Assembly (NCBI GenBank): GCA_905178155.1
Contig: CAJINV010000018.1
Location: 316,479 to 380,478, forward strand
From: Amoebophrya sp. A120
Taxonomy: Eukaryota > Protista > Dinoflagellata
Reading direction: 5' to 3'
DNA length: 64,000 bases
A program made the translations under genes and the position numbers. The number at the start of each line of letters is the position of its first letter. The first letter of the stretch is position 1. The notes under the pieces are model-generated. The model was not told the origin of the DNA and made no database searches. It saw only the letters and a list, made by a program, of their open reading frames with translations. This document shows, piece after piece, positions 27,701 to 39,700 of the stretch.

Positions 27701-30700
27701 AGCGCGGAAAAAGTCCTTGACTACAGAACTTTTTTGCGTTACGTGTCTGCGGAAGCACGGCGGCATTGCCGAGTTTGGGCCAAGTTTGTACACTTCGCAT
27801 TCCCCCAGGTCAAAACTTTCCCGCACGGCATGCTCGGCAAAAGCGCGGAAGAAGTTCTCGATTGCACAACTTTTCTGCGTTGCGCGTCTGCGGAAGCCCG
27901 ACTATATTGCCGAGTTTGGGTCAAGTTTGTATGGTTCGTATTTTTTGAATACAAAGGTGGGGAAAGCAAACTTTTTGGCTTCATCAATATACTACCTCTG
28001 CTTGTCCTCGGCGTCAGCCACGTTGTTCCGTTGCAGCTTCGTGTCCGACTGCAACCCGAGGCACAAAGGCGAGAAGGGGTCCAGGAACTCGTAATACCGC
28101 TGCTTCTTGCTGGTCGACAAAATGGACATGGCGGATTGGGATGCTGGCGACATGCCGATGGAATCCGAGTTGGGATTGCTGTTGGTTCCGCAGAACGCGA
28201 AACTGAGGCCGAAGGAGTTGAACAACTCCCAAGTTTCCTTGATGTACTCCTCCAAAACTTGCTCCCGAAAGCTCTTGTTGCTGTAACCTCCGGAGCCGTC
28301 CGCTTCCGCGATTTTGGCTTTCTTGCTTTCAATGAGCTGGTCCTTCGGCTCAAACTCATCCAGCCATTTCGTAACAAAATCCCCCCGGCTCTCGCCCTCA
28401 TCACCACCTGCATTGCCCTTCAGCATCGCGCGCAACCACATGCGTCTGCCGGGGTCGTGCGAGACGACCTTCCCCTGGCCGTTATCTAAATCTTTCAACC
28501 TCGGTATCCTGAGTAAAAACGTACCCACACCAGAGTCAGGATGGGGATTTTGCAACACAAACCTAGGAGTTTTGTGAGTCACGCATGACAAGTTGCAGGC
28601 TGTATTGTAGTGCAGTTTAGCAAGGGAAGCCGCATAACAAATCCACCTCCTCATCCTGTTCACAGCATCACAAATTCCAAAACACGACTGGAAATGGCTC
28701 TCATGGGATTGCGCATTACAAGTCTTCCTGTTTTTGCAGATCTGCATTACAACTCTGGTGTGGGTACGTTTTTACTCAGGATACTCGGCTCCTTCAAAAT
28801 GTTCAAGAACAGCTGCTATCAAATGTAAAAGTGTCTGGGTCTGTGTCTGGAAGAATGCGCGATTTGTCATGCAGCTTTTCCATGACCCATGAGGTCTGGA
28901 ATGCAGGACCTAGCATGACAGATTCTGTGGGATCTCTCTCATGCCTATTCTGCATGAGAAGCTCCCTCCCGACTTCGTCAAATGACTGGACGACTTTTGG
29001 CAATCATGCAACACAGATTTTTGCATGCTTCAGATTTAGCATGACAAGTTGCATTCTTCCAAACCCAGACATTTTTGCATTTGATAGCTGCTTGACCTCG
29101 GGGATCAACGGCGGCAGATTCTTGCCGTGCTGCTTGTGTTGTGCTGCTTCCATGCGCCCGAAATTGCTCAGGATGTTTGTGCTCGCGGGTCGACTAGATG
29201 GTGAACCTGTGGCGTCGTCTTCCCCGGTATGAGAGTGCACCACTCCCCATCGTCCCCGTCATTTGTATGGCATGAACAGCAACACAAGTGCTGGCATAAA
29301 TGCAGCTTTTGCATGACAAATAATTCGCGACAGATTCTAGTGCTGTTTTGGCTTCCGAAACGTGTCATGTAAGAAGTGCCAGAGAGAAAAAGGTGGATTT
29401 GGTATTTCGCATGACAAATGAGAAGGAGGGAAAGTTGTGCATTGTCATATCCGGACACTTTGCCCTGGAAGAACTCGTCGAACACGGTGGGTTGGTAGGT
29501 AAAGAAGAATTTCTATCCTGTGTAAAAACGTCACCACCCCAGAGTTGTCATGCAAATGCGCAATGACAGGAGCATCTGTAATGCGCATCTCCATGAGAGG
29601 CATTTCGAAACGTGTGTTGGTGTTTGTAATGCTGTAAACAGCATGAGAAAATGGCTTTCTCATGCGGCTTCCCTTGCTAAGCAGCACAACACTACAGTTG
29701 GAAACTTGTCATGCACAACTCCCAAAACTTGGAGATTTATGTTGCAGATTTACCAACTTGACTATGGGGTGGGGACGTTTTTGCTCAGCATAGTTTCTCG
29801 TACAATTTCCGTTTCAAGTTTTTATTCGTGATCGCGAAATGCGCGCCGCCCTTAACGACCGTGCGGGAGCCGACGCAGATGTGTCTTGTCAATTGTTTCT
29901 TCGTCACTTTTTTCACCACCTTGTTTCCCTCCGTCTCCGAGTCCGAGAAATAGTTGAATTGGAACAAAGGTTGCTTCGTGGTCAACTGCACCCAACGTTT
30001 GTCTGTGCCGATCTGGCTCACATAGAACTTCGACTCTATAAACGGCTTCTCGGCATTTCCTGCAGCGCTTGCGGCTTGTTGACCACTAGCGGCAGAAGCT
30101 GCTGCACCAGAAGATGATCCATAGCGCAACGCAGACCCCACGAAATTTCCAACCATGCTGGCAGCCGCACCGGCGTAGGTGGATGAAGCCGCTTTCTTTT
30201 CTGCCTGCTTTCGCAGCTTTTCCCGCTGCTCGTGGATTATGCATTGCAAATATGTCTGGGCCTGGATTTGTGATGCGAGAATTGAAGGACAAGAAGATCT
30301 GTGATGCATGAGTGCGATGGGCCAGGTTTTTTGTCGTGCTGGATGGAAGTTTGTCATGCGTTTTTCGAATGAATCAGCAACAAGCCTTTCCAAATTTCTG
30401 ATGCTGCTATGCCGTACAAGCAGCTACCCTCTGGTGCGACAGTCAGCAACACAAGTTTCCAGACCCAGACATTTTTGCATTTGATATGGATTTGCCTGCC
30501 GTTTTTGAACAGCAATTCGTCCGCGTCATTCAGAGCAACATCTATTCTGTGTAAAAACGTCCCAACCCCAGAGCTGTCATGCAAAGCTGCATGCTGAGAA
30601 TGTTTCTCATGCGGAGCCCCATGAGAGGCTGAGGCATTTCTAGTCGTGTTGAGGAATTTGTGATGCTAGCACCAGCATGACATGCTAGATCTGTGATGCT

Positions 30701-33700
30701 GCTGAACTACCAACCTAAACAGGATTACACTGCAAGGATATAATTGTCATGCGAAGCAACCAAAGCTCGTTGATTTGTCTAGCCGATTCCCCATCTATGG
30801 GTGGGACGTTTTTACGCAGGATAACATCTTGCGTGTCTTCCTGGTCAGCCATGTCCGCATCGCTGTCCCCGTCTTCAGTATCTTCTACCTGCTGCAGTGC
30901 GGGAAACTTTGCCTTCGCGGGCCGGCTGCTCCACGAATCGGCGGAGATCAGTAAGTGGTTTTGCCCGACATCCCTCCTCTCCTGCAGCACTTGGGAATAC
31001 ATGGAAATGTGGGAAGAGATCTTGTCCCAGTTCAAATACACCTGCTGTCCGTAGTTGAATTTCGCTTTGCCCACATCCAGGTTCTTTTCGCTGTTCGGTA
31101 ATTGCCCCGACACATCCTCCAACGGCGGTAGCGCGGAGAAGATCTCCAACAAGTGATCGTATGCCGCGTTGTTTTGCCTCTCAATCACTGAAGCGATGCC
31201 TGGCGCTGCTTGCTTCAATAGCTCATACTGTTTCCTAGCGACCGAATTTTGTACATCCTGCCCAGTACTCGAGGCAGCTTGTGCAAAAGTCGCCCAGGAG
31301 GAAACTGCGCCCGACACTTCCGCTTCCCTCTCCTCCGGTAAAGCCAGCTGCTTCCGTTTCGCAATCAAGAACAGCTGCTCCACCTGCACGGGCCAGAGAT
31401 TCGTCCGGCGAGAGGCAGAGAACAGAATCAGTTCCGGGTAAACCAGCGGGTCGTATTGCAGGCAGGTTTCGACGATTTTGAAAAAGTTTTCTTGGGAGAG
31501 ATTCATCTGCTCCCGCTCGAATTCGTTCAATGCAGCATTCGGATTTGTTTCCTGCATTTTCTGTAGTTTTTTCCACAAACCATGGTTCAATTTAAGAAAC
31601 GATTCCGCCGACTCGATTGTCTGCAGCACCACGATCGACGTCAGATATGCCACGGCCAAAACCCGGATCCGCTCGACGTGCGCGATCGTCAAGTCGGACA
31701 GTTTCGTCTTCTGGCGCCACCAATCCAAATCCGTTCCGAGGGAAGCGTCGGACGCGACTAACTGTAGCAATTCCCTCAACTGCAGCGGTTTCTGCTGTTT
31801 TTGCACAATCTGCAACGATTGAAATATCACCGTCGGCGCGGCCGCGTTGATCATTTCCAAACCGCCGCGTCCCCCCTGCAGCTGCACGGACCTTGCTAGG
31901 TCCATCAAGGCGCGCTTGAATTGCTTCGATCTTCTCTTTGTTGAAATCGACAGGACCTTCAATTGCTTCTGCCAATCACCCCGAGTCCTCTTCCGCTTCT
32001 GCTCGGCCGTTGGTAAGTATCCCACGAAAAAAGTGTTTCACTGTAAGGATTTTGCAAGTTTTGCATCACAAGTTTGTTCCGATTGACAGAGAAAATTTGC
32101 CATGCGAGGTTCCTAAGGGAAAACATTGCTAAAAATCCACTGTCTTGCGTGTATAGCAAAAACAAACAGTTTAAAGATGCATCTTCTGCATTACAAGTTT
32201 ACTGTGAAACAGTTTTTTCTTGCGATAGGAAGTACAAGAATTTCAATCTTTCCGCCCGGGCTGGCTCGTCGTCGTCGTGGTTGTGCTCTTTTGACATCAG
32301 ACCATTGCTATCAAATGTAAAAGTGTCTGGGTCTGGAAGATTTCTATATTTGTCATGCATATTTTCCATGACCCATGAAGTCTGTGATGCATGCCGTTGC
32401 ATCACAGATTTTTGGAGCGCTTTGTGATAGCTCTACCGCATGAGAAATGCCCTCTCCGCGTAGCACAAACTGGAGCCGTTTTGCTGGTCATGCAATACAT
32501 TTTTTTTCAGAATCCAGAGACAGCATCACAAGTTTAGAATGTTCCAGAGCCAGGCATTTTTGCATTTGATAAGTGTCTCTCATCTCCTTCTCGTGAAATT
32601 TGTAGTCCCGGGCTTATCCTGAGAAAAAACGTCTCCACTACACCAGAGTCAAGATGGGAAATCTGCTAGACAAATCAGCTAGCTTTGATTGTTTCGCATG
32701 ACAAGCTTGTGCTGGTCCGCGTAGTGTAATCCCGTTGAGGTAGTTCAGCAGCATCACAGATCTAGCTTATCATGCTGATTATAGCATCACAAATTCCAAA
32801 ACACGACTAGACAATGCCTATCATGGGGCTCGGCATGAGAAACTTTTTTGGCATGCAGATTTGCATGACAACTCTCGGGTGGGGACGTTTTCACAAATGA
32901 TAGAGCGAGCGAATACTTCTGTCTCTTCACCAGGTTGATCGCATCTCTCCGCTCGTCGTCGTTATCGACGTAAGCAAACTGGGCCTGCACTATCAAATGC
33001 AAAAGTGTCTGGGTCTGGAATCTGTCATGCATATTTCTATATGACCCATGATGCCTGTAATGCATGACCTAGCATTGCAGACTTTTACAGGGCTTCCTGA
33101 TGCACCTTCCGCATGAGAAATGCCCTGTCCGTGTAGAACAAACTGCACCCCTCATCTTGCTGGTCATGCAATACAATTTTTTCTTGGATCCAAAAACAGC
33201 ATGACACGTTGCAATCTTCTAGACCCAGACATTTTTGCAGTTGATATGCACCTCGTCCTCCGATATCGGCTGCGTGAGCCACCTGTTTTCGTTCTCGAAC
33301 AGTTCTTCCTTTTCCTTCCGGCTGTAAATGCCGCTGTCGTTATCCAAGAAAAAAACGCTGTTAGTGTAAATTTGTGATGCGCAACATGCAAAGTGATTGC
33401 GTCTGTCATGCTTGGCATGCATCGTAGGGTCCATTAAAGGGCGTTTTCACGTTCTATATGCGCTTGACAGGTTTTTGCTGTCATGTCGGACAAACATGTA
33501 ATGCTGTTCCTCCAAAAAAGTTACACCTACAATGCTTTTTTCTTGGATAATCGTTGATCTCTTGGTCCCGCTGTTCCTGCATCTCCGCCGGAAGTTCGTC
33601 AAAATCGAGAACTTCCCGCATCAGCTTCCCCCGCAGCTTATCGAATGCAAAGACGTCTGGGTCTGGAAGATTGCCAGACTTGTCATGCAGGTTTTTCATG

Positions 33701-36700
33701 ACCCATGAGGTCTGCTATGGAGGACATAGCATGACAGATTCTGATGTGAGAGTTCTATCATACCTATCCTGCATGAGCAGAGACTTCTGCCTCTTGATTA
33801 GGTCAAAAGTGAAGGCTTTTGGTAATCATGCAACACAGATTTTTACATGATTCAGATTTAGCATGACAAGTTGCTTTGTTCCAGACATCCAGGGATGTTT
33901 GCATTTGATACAGCTGCTTCAAATAGAACTTCGCGTGGACGATATCCTGAGTAAAAACGTACCCACACCAGAGTTGTAATGCAAATCTGCATGCTGAAAG
34001 TGTTTCTCATGCGGAGCTCCATGAGAAGCATTTTCTAGTGGTGTTTTGCAATTTGTCATGCTCCAATCAGCATGGTGTGCTAGATCTGTGATGCTGCTGA
34101 GCTAGCTCAAACAGCACTATACTACGAATCCAAATTTGTCATGCAAAACAGCCAAAACTTGTGGATTTGTCTAGCCGATTCCCCATCTCGACTCTGGTGT
34201 GGGTACGTTTTTACTCAGGATAGACGAAACCGATCAGAATCTGCTTCCGGGACTGCCGCACGTAGAACTCTATGAACTGCAAAAGTATCGTATTCGTATA
34301 AATGCATTACAAATTTCCTCAGCATGAGAAATGAAATTTGTAATGCGGATCTGACTTAACAAAAAGATTTGTAATGCATGATTGCAATACGAGTACGATA
34401 CTTTTGCACAGGATAAACTCGGAAGTGTTGTAATCGCCCGCAATCTATGCATCGCAAATATGTCAGAGCAGTCTGGAACACTGCAGCTTGTCATGCTGAG
34501 TGCTTAGCGCAAAAATATGTGTGTTGCATGAACCGCAAGAGGAGGTGCGAACTTCTTGCTACCCGCAGCAGGGCGAATTTCTCATGCAGGACAGGAATTG
34601 AGAAGGAGCCCTGGGAAAGGTTGTGATGCGTCTGTGCGCATTCCACGACACAATCTGTGTGATCCACGAGATGCATGACAAACTAACATGCGCAATCGTC
34701 CAGACCAAGATGACACCTTTGCATTTGATAAAATCGGGCCGGCGGGACCGTTCGGTCCGTACCCGTCATTATTCGGGTCGGGTTCGAACTGTTTTGCCAT
34801 GGGGTCCTGGTAGTTTTTATCAACAGGAAAAATCCCTCCTCTCCATATCAAATAAAGCGGAAATCTGTAATACGGAATCTGTATACAGAAATCGGCTTTG
34901 TCTTGCAATAGTTAGAGGACTGCAGGCAGATGCAGGATTTGAGTCGGGGCGCTTTGGTGTAGGCACCTAGCAAGGCAGGCGCGTCCTCTGTAGGCCATAC
35001 AGCATTACAAATTTCCTGCAGAACGCAGCGAAGTGCGTTGCTTTGCCTTCTTGCAATACAGAGACGATTTGTGGTCACAAATCAGCATTACAAATTTTCA
35101 GAAGTGTCCCGCTTTGGTATGGGGAGGGGGGATTTTTCCTCGCAGTAGTTTTGCACTTGGTACTGCTCCATTCTTGCCTCCTCCGTCGCTGTGAAGAGTC
35201 TATCAACTGTAAAAATGTCTCGGTCTCCTGGATGATTCTGAGACTTGTCATGCACGTGTCGCATGAGCCATGATGTCTGTGATGCATGCCCGCCTAGCAT
35301 CACGGGCTTTCGGGGGGATTCTTGATGCCTATTCCGCATCACAAAAGCCCTCCCCGCGTAGCAAAAACTAGAATCCTTTTGCTGCTCATGCAACACAAAT
35401 TTTTTAGGCATCCAAATGCAGCATCACAAGTTCGGATCCTTCCAGACCCAGACATTTTTGCAGGTGATATAGTCGGTTGCGAAGCAAAACGGCCTGACTC
35501 GCGTTGGATTGGTTGTCTCTCACTGCATATGCTGTGCAAAAGCATCGTACTCGTATAAATGCAGGTCTTGCATTACAAATTTCTTTGTCAAGGCAAATCA
35601 GCATTACAAATTTCATTTCTCATGCTGAGGAAATTTGTAATGCATTTATACGAGTACGATACCTTTGCAATGCATACTGCAGTGTAGATGCTGTTCTCCA
35701 ACTATCAACAAAAAAAACTGTGGAAGTGTAACTCTGTAGGAGGAGCAGGATCACAAATTCGTTTTTTCATTACAGGGAAAACCTGTCATGCGCAGCTAGT
35801 ACGTGAAAACACGTATGGAAGTAGCCTATGACGCAAATCCGGCATGACAAGTGTGACAGTTTTGCATTTTCTGCATCACAAACTTACACTTACACAGTTT
35901 TTTTCTTGCATACCAACTCCGGTGCCATTTTCGCCTTATCTGGCACCACCACGCACTGGTGCTTGTCCCGAATGGCGGGGTATCAAAAAGAAAAATCCCC
36001 CCTCCCCATATCAAAACGGAAATCTGTGATGCGGATTTGTGGCCACAAATCAACTTTGTCATGCTAGGAGGAAAAAGATGCGGACTGTAGTGCAGGGTGG
36101 TGTGGGAAAGCCTTGTACGTCCAGCATGGCAGGAGGCAGCTGGAAGTATGAAACAGCATGACAAATTGCCTGCAAACCAGGCCACAGCTGCGGCTCTTGG
36201 CCTTCTAGCAATACAAATCGATTTGTGTACTCAACAAATACAGCATCACAAGTTTCGTTTTCGATATGGGGAGGGGGGATTTTTTCTTTTGATATGGGGT
36301 CGAACCACCCCAGGGGAACTTGGTGGCACTCCGCTGGGTCAGACGGGAAGTGGACCCCACGCGAATCCGTCGGAGAGTCATTCAACCGACAGCACGCACC
36401 TCGGTAAGCCGACACGCCGACCTCATTCCCGTCCTTATCCCACCTTATCCCGTTCGATGAGCCACAACGATCACACCACCCTGCTTTGCCGCACACCTCT
36501 GGCAGCCAGCAGTCCTCTTCTACTTTTGTTCCCTCGTCCTCCTTCTTCTTCGGGGGCGGCTTCTTCGAGACGGGAGCGTTCCGGAGTTTCTTGCCGATCG
36601 TGCTGTCGGAATTGTATTTATTCGTGCTGTATCAAGTGTAAAAATGTCTGGGTCTGGAAGATTGGAAGACTTGTCATGCATATTTTGCATGACCCATGAC

Positions 36701-39700
36701 GCCTGTAATGCATGTCCTACCATCACAGACTTTTAGAACCCTTCCTGAAGCCTATTCCGCATGAGAAATGCCCTCTCCGCGTAGCACAAACTGGGGTCCT
36801 ACATGCTGGTCATGCAATACAAATTTTTTCAGAATCCAAAAATAGCATCACAAGCTCCACTTTCCAGACCCAGACATTTTTACATTTGATATGCTGATCA
36901 TTCGCGTGAAGAACGCGTCTTGGCTGGCGAGCGCAATCCGCCGATACAAGGCCGGGGGCGCCTCCGTGCCGTCGCCGTCGCTGCCGAACTGCACATCATC
37001 GGGGAATACTGTGTCTGGCGGTTCTGCAATGTAGTTTCCTCTCGTGTTCAGCTTGTAGTGCCGGAAGCGGTTGTCGTTTCCGAGGGCCAGACAAGAGTTC
37101 CTTTCGTCCAGGAATTGTCTCTCTTTGTCTTCTATCAAATGCAAATTCGTCTGGGTCTGCAAGAGTGCCAGCTTGTCATGCAGATCTTTCATGACCCATG
37201 ACGCCTGATACGCATCACCTAGAAGCATCACAGATTTTTAGAGGCCTCCCTAATGCCTATTCCGTATGAGAAATGCCCTCTCGATGTAGCACAAACTGGA
37301 CCCACCTTGCTGATCATGCAAAAATACAGATTTTCTTAGAATGCAGAGACAGCAACACAAGTTGCAACCTTCCAGGAGACCCAGACATATTTGCAATGCA
37401 TATCTTCCTGGACATTCTCCTTCCTTTTCGATTCAAAATCAAACAAGTCGCCCTTGACCAACTTTTCAAAGTCTTGCGTCCAGAACTGCTTCTTGAACAT
37501 CTGCCGCCACTCGCGCCTGGTCAGCTCCGATTTCCGCAGTTGGTACCCTTGTCTCGATCCCCCTTTCAATCCGTAATCCCGTTCCACCTTCATTTCCGGA
37601 GCCATCGTGGCTCTTGCTGCCGGGGGTGGGGTTTTCCCTCTACTTCCTTGTCGCTTCGGTTTCGGCTTCGGCTTCGCTACGGATTGTGGGCTGGCAGCTC
37701 TCCCCGCCGGTTTTGTTTTCGCCTTCGGCTTCGGTTCGGGTCCCTCTTCCGGATAGGGCAACGCGAAGAACTTTTCCAACTCCAGTCTGGCCTTTATGTT
37801 CGACTGATTTTTGTCCTCCCCGCAGGAAGCAAACAGCACCAAAACCCGCCAGAACCGCGCCCAGTGCCGCACCAAGGTCGCTTTCCCGGTTTCGCCCAAC
37901 GGGGCGTCCCAATTCACCAAAAACGAGTGCTTTTTCAGGGCGTTCATGTCTTCGTCGTCCGTCAAGCCGTAGTGGTGGTCGGTGTGAAGAATCACTAAGG
38001 ATTATGCAAGAAAAAAAATGTGTAAGTGTAAATCTGTGATGCAGAAAATGCAAAACAGTTACACTTGAACTTGTCATGCTGGAAGTGCGTCACAGGCTAC
38101 TACCATACGTGTTTCCACTGATACTAGCTGCGCATGACAGGTTCTTTTCCCTGTAATGCAAAACGAATTTGTGATGCTGCTCTTCCTAGTACAAAGTTAC
38201 ACTTACACAGTTTTTTTCCTGGATAAAGATAGCTCCCTTTCCAGTTTGTCCAACAAATGGCTCGCGACGATGTCTTGCAGCTTCGCCGCCACCAGCTCCG
38301 CCGCATTCTGACTGTCGATCTGGTTCTGCAGGTTCGGGTTGGGCTATGACAGTGCGCAACCCCCCCTCCGTCTCATTTGTATGGTATGAGCAGCAATACA
38401 AACACCAGCGCACATGGACCCTATGCATGACAAATCGATGCGCCTAATGTAGTACTTGTTGGGCGTCCAGAATTTGTCATGCAAACAGTGCTACAAGTAC
38501 AAACAAGGCAGCAGCTGGATTTAAGATTTTGCATGACAAGTGAGGGAGAGGGGGAGTTGTGCACTTTCATATGGGCACCTGGCGGCGCACGAGATCCTCG
38601 AACACTTTACCGACTATCAAGTGCAAAAATGTCTTGGTCTGGAAGAGTGCCAGGTTTGTCATGCAGATTTTGCATGACCTTGACCCATAATGCCTGTAAT
38701 GCATGCCCTAGCATCACAGATTTTTCGAGGGCTTTCTGGTGCGTGTTCCGCATGAGAAATGCCCTCTCCGCGTAGCAGAAATTGGAATCCTTTTGCTGCT
38801 CATGCAACACAAATCTTTTAGGTTTCCAAATGCAGCATCACAAGTTGCATTCTTCCAGACCCAGACATTTTTGCAATTCATACCGACGCCGGCCGTACCA
38901 GAGTCGCCTGCCAGATTGATCTCCATATTCAAAGACAAGTTGTACGCACCTTCAATGGTCACGTGCGACAGGTCCTTCTGCGTTGGTCCAGGCTTCGCGA
39001 AATCGTCCATGGCTTTGAAAAAGACAACCTCTTGCTTATTTGGCGCTCCTTTAGTGCGATATTCCTGTAGCTTGAAATTGCTGCCGTAGATCAAATCGAA
39101 GATTTGGCTCCACGAGTGAGGCCTGGCTTTCGCGTCCGGCTCGCCGCCCACTGCAAGAGCGATTGCGTTTTTCACCACTCCGGCCGGGGAAAGGGCTCCG
39201 GCGGCGGCGTGTGGTGGGGCGGGCGGCTGTACCAAGTGTTCGTTTGTTTCGGCTTCCTCGGGGTCGGGAGAAAGCATTTCTTGTAATTCCAGTGTGTCTT
39301 TGCCCTGAAGGTACTTCTTGAAAATGCCTGCGCCGGTCAGATTGGCGATTTCCGCTTCATCCGGCAATTCTTCTCCGCTCGCGTGGGCATACTGCCAGTG
39401 ATTCAGGTGCTTTAACACATCGTGCATGTGCTTGGCCGAGTCCATGAAGGCGGTCATGAAGCCGCTTGTCGGATTGGCTTCTTTGTTTTTTTCGGCGATT
39501 TTTAGGCGCAGGCGGGGCTCCTCCTCAGCATCTTGGTTCTCCTGTAAGTCGCGTTCGAGGAGGGCGGCTTCCTCACGCATCTTTTCTCGGAACAACTTTT
39601 GGTCCACAGATTGCCAGATTTTCTGGGCCTCGTTCGCTTGCTGCAGCCGCAACTTGTAGAGATTCTCCAGCCGGGTCCACCGTTTCCGCGTGGCGTGCAA

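Noticed and set aside
26425-27826. 400-450 aa ORFs with 47-aa repeats on both strands
   Set aside because: A by-product of a 141-bp unit lacking stops in three frames; the region lies inside a frame-preserving GT-AG intron.
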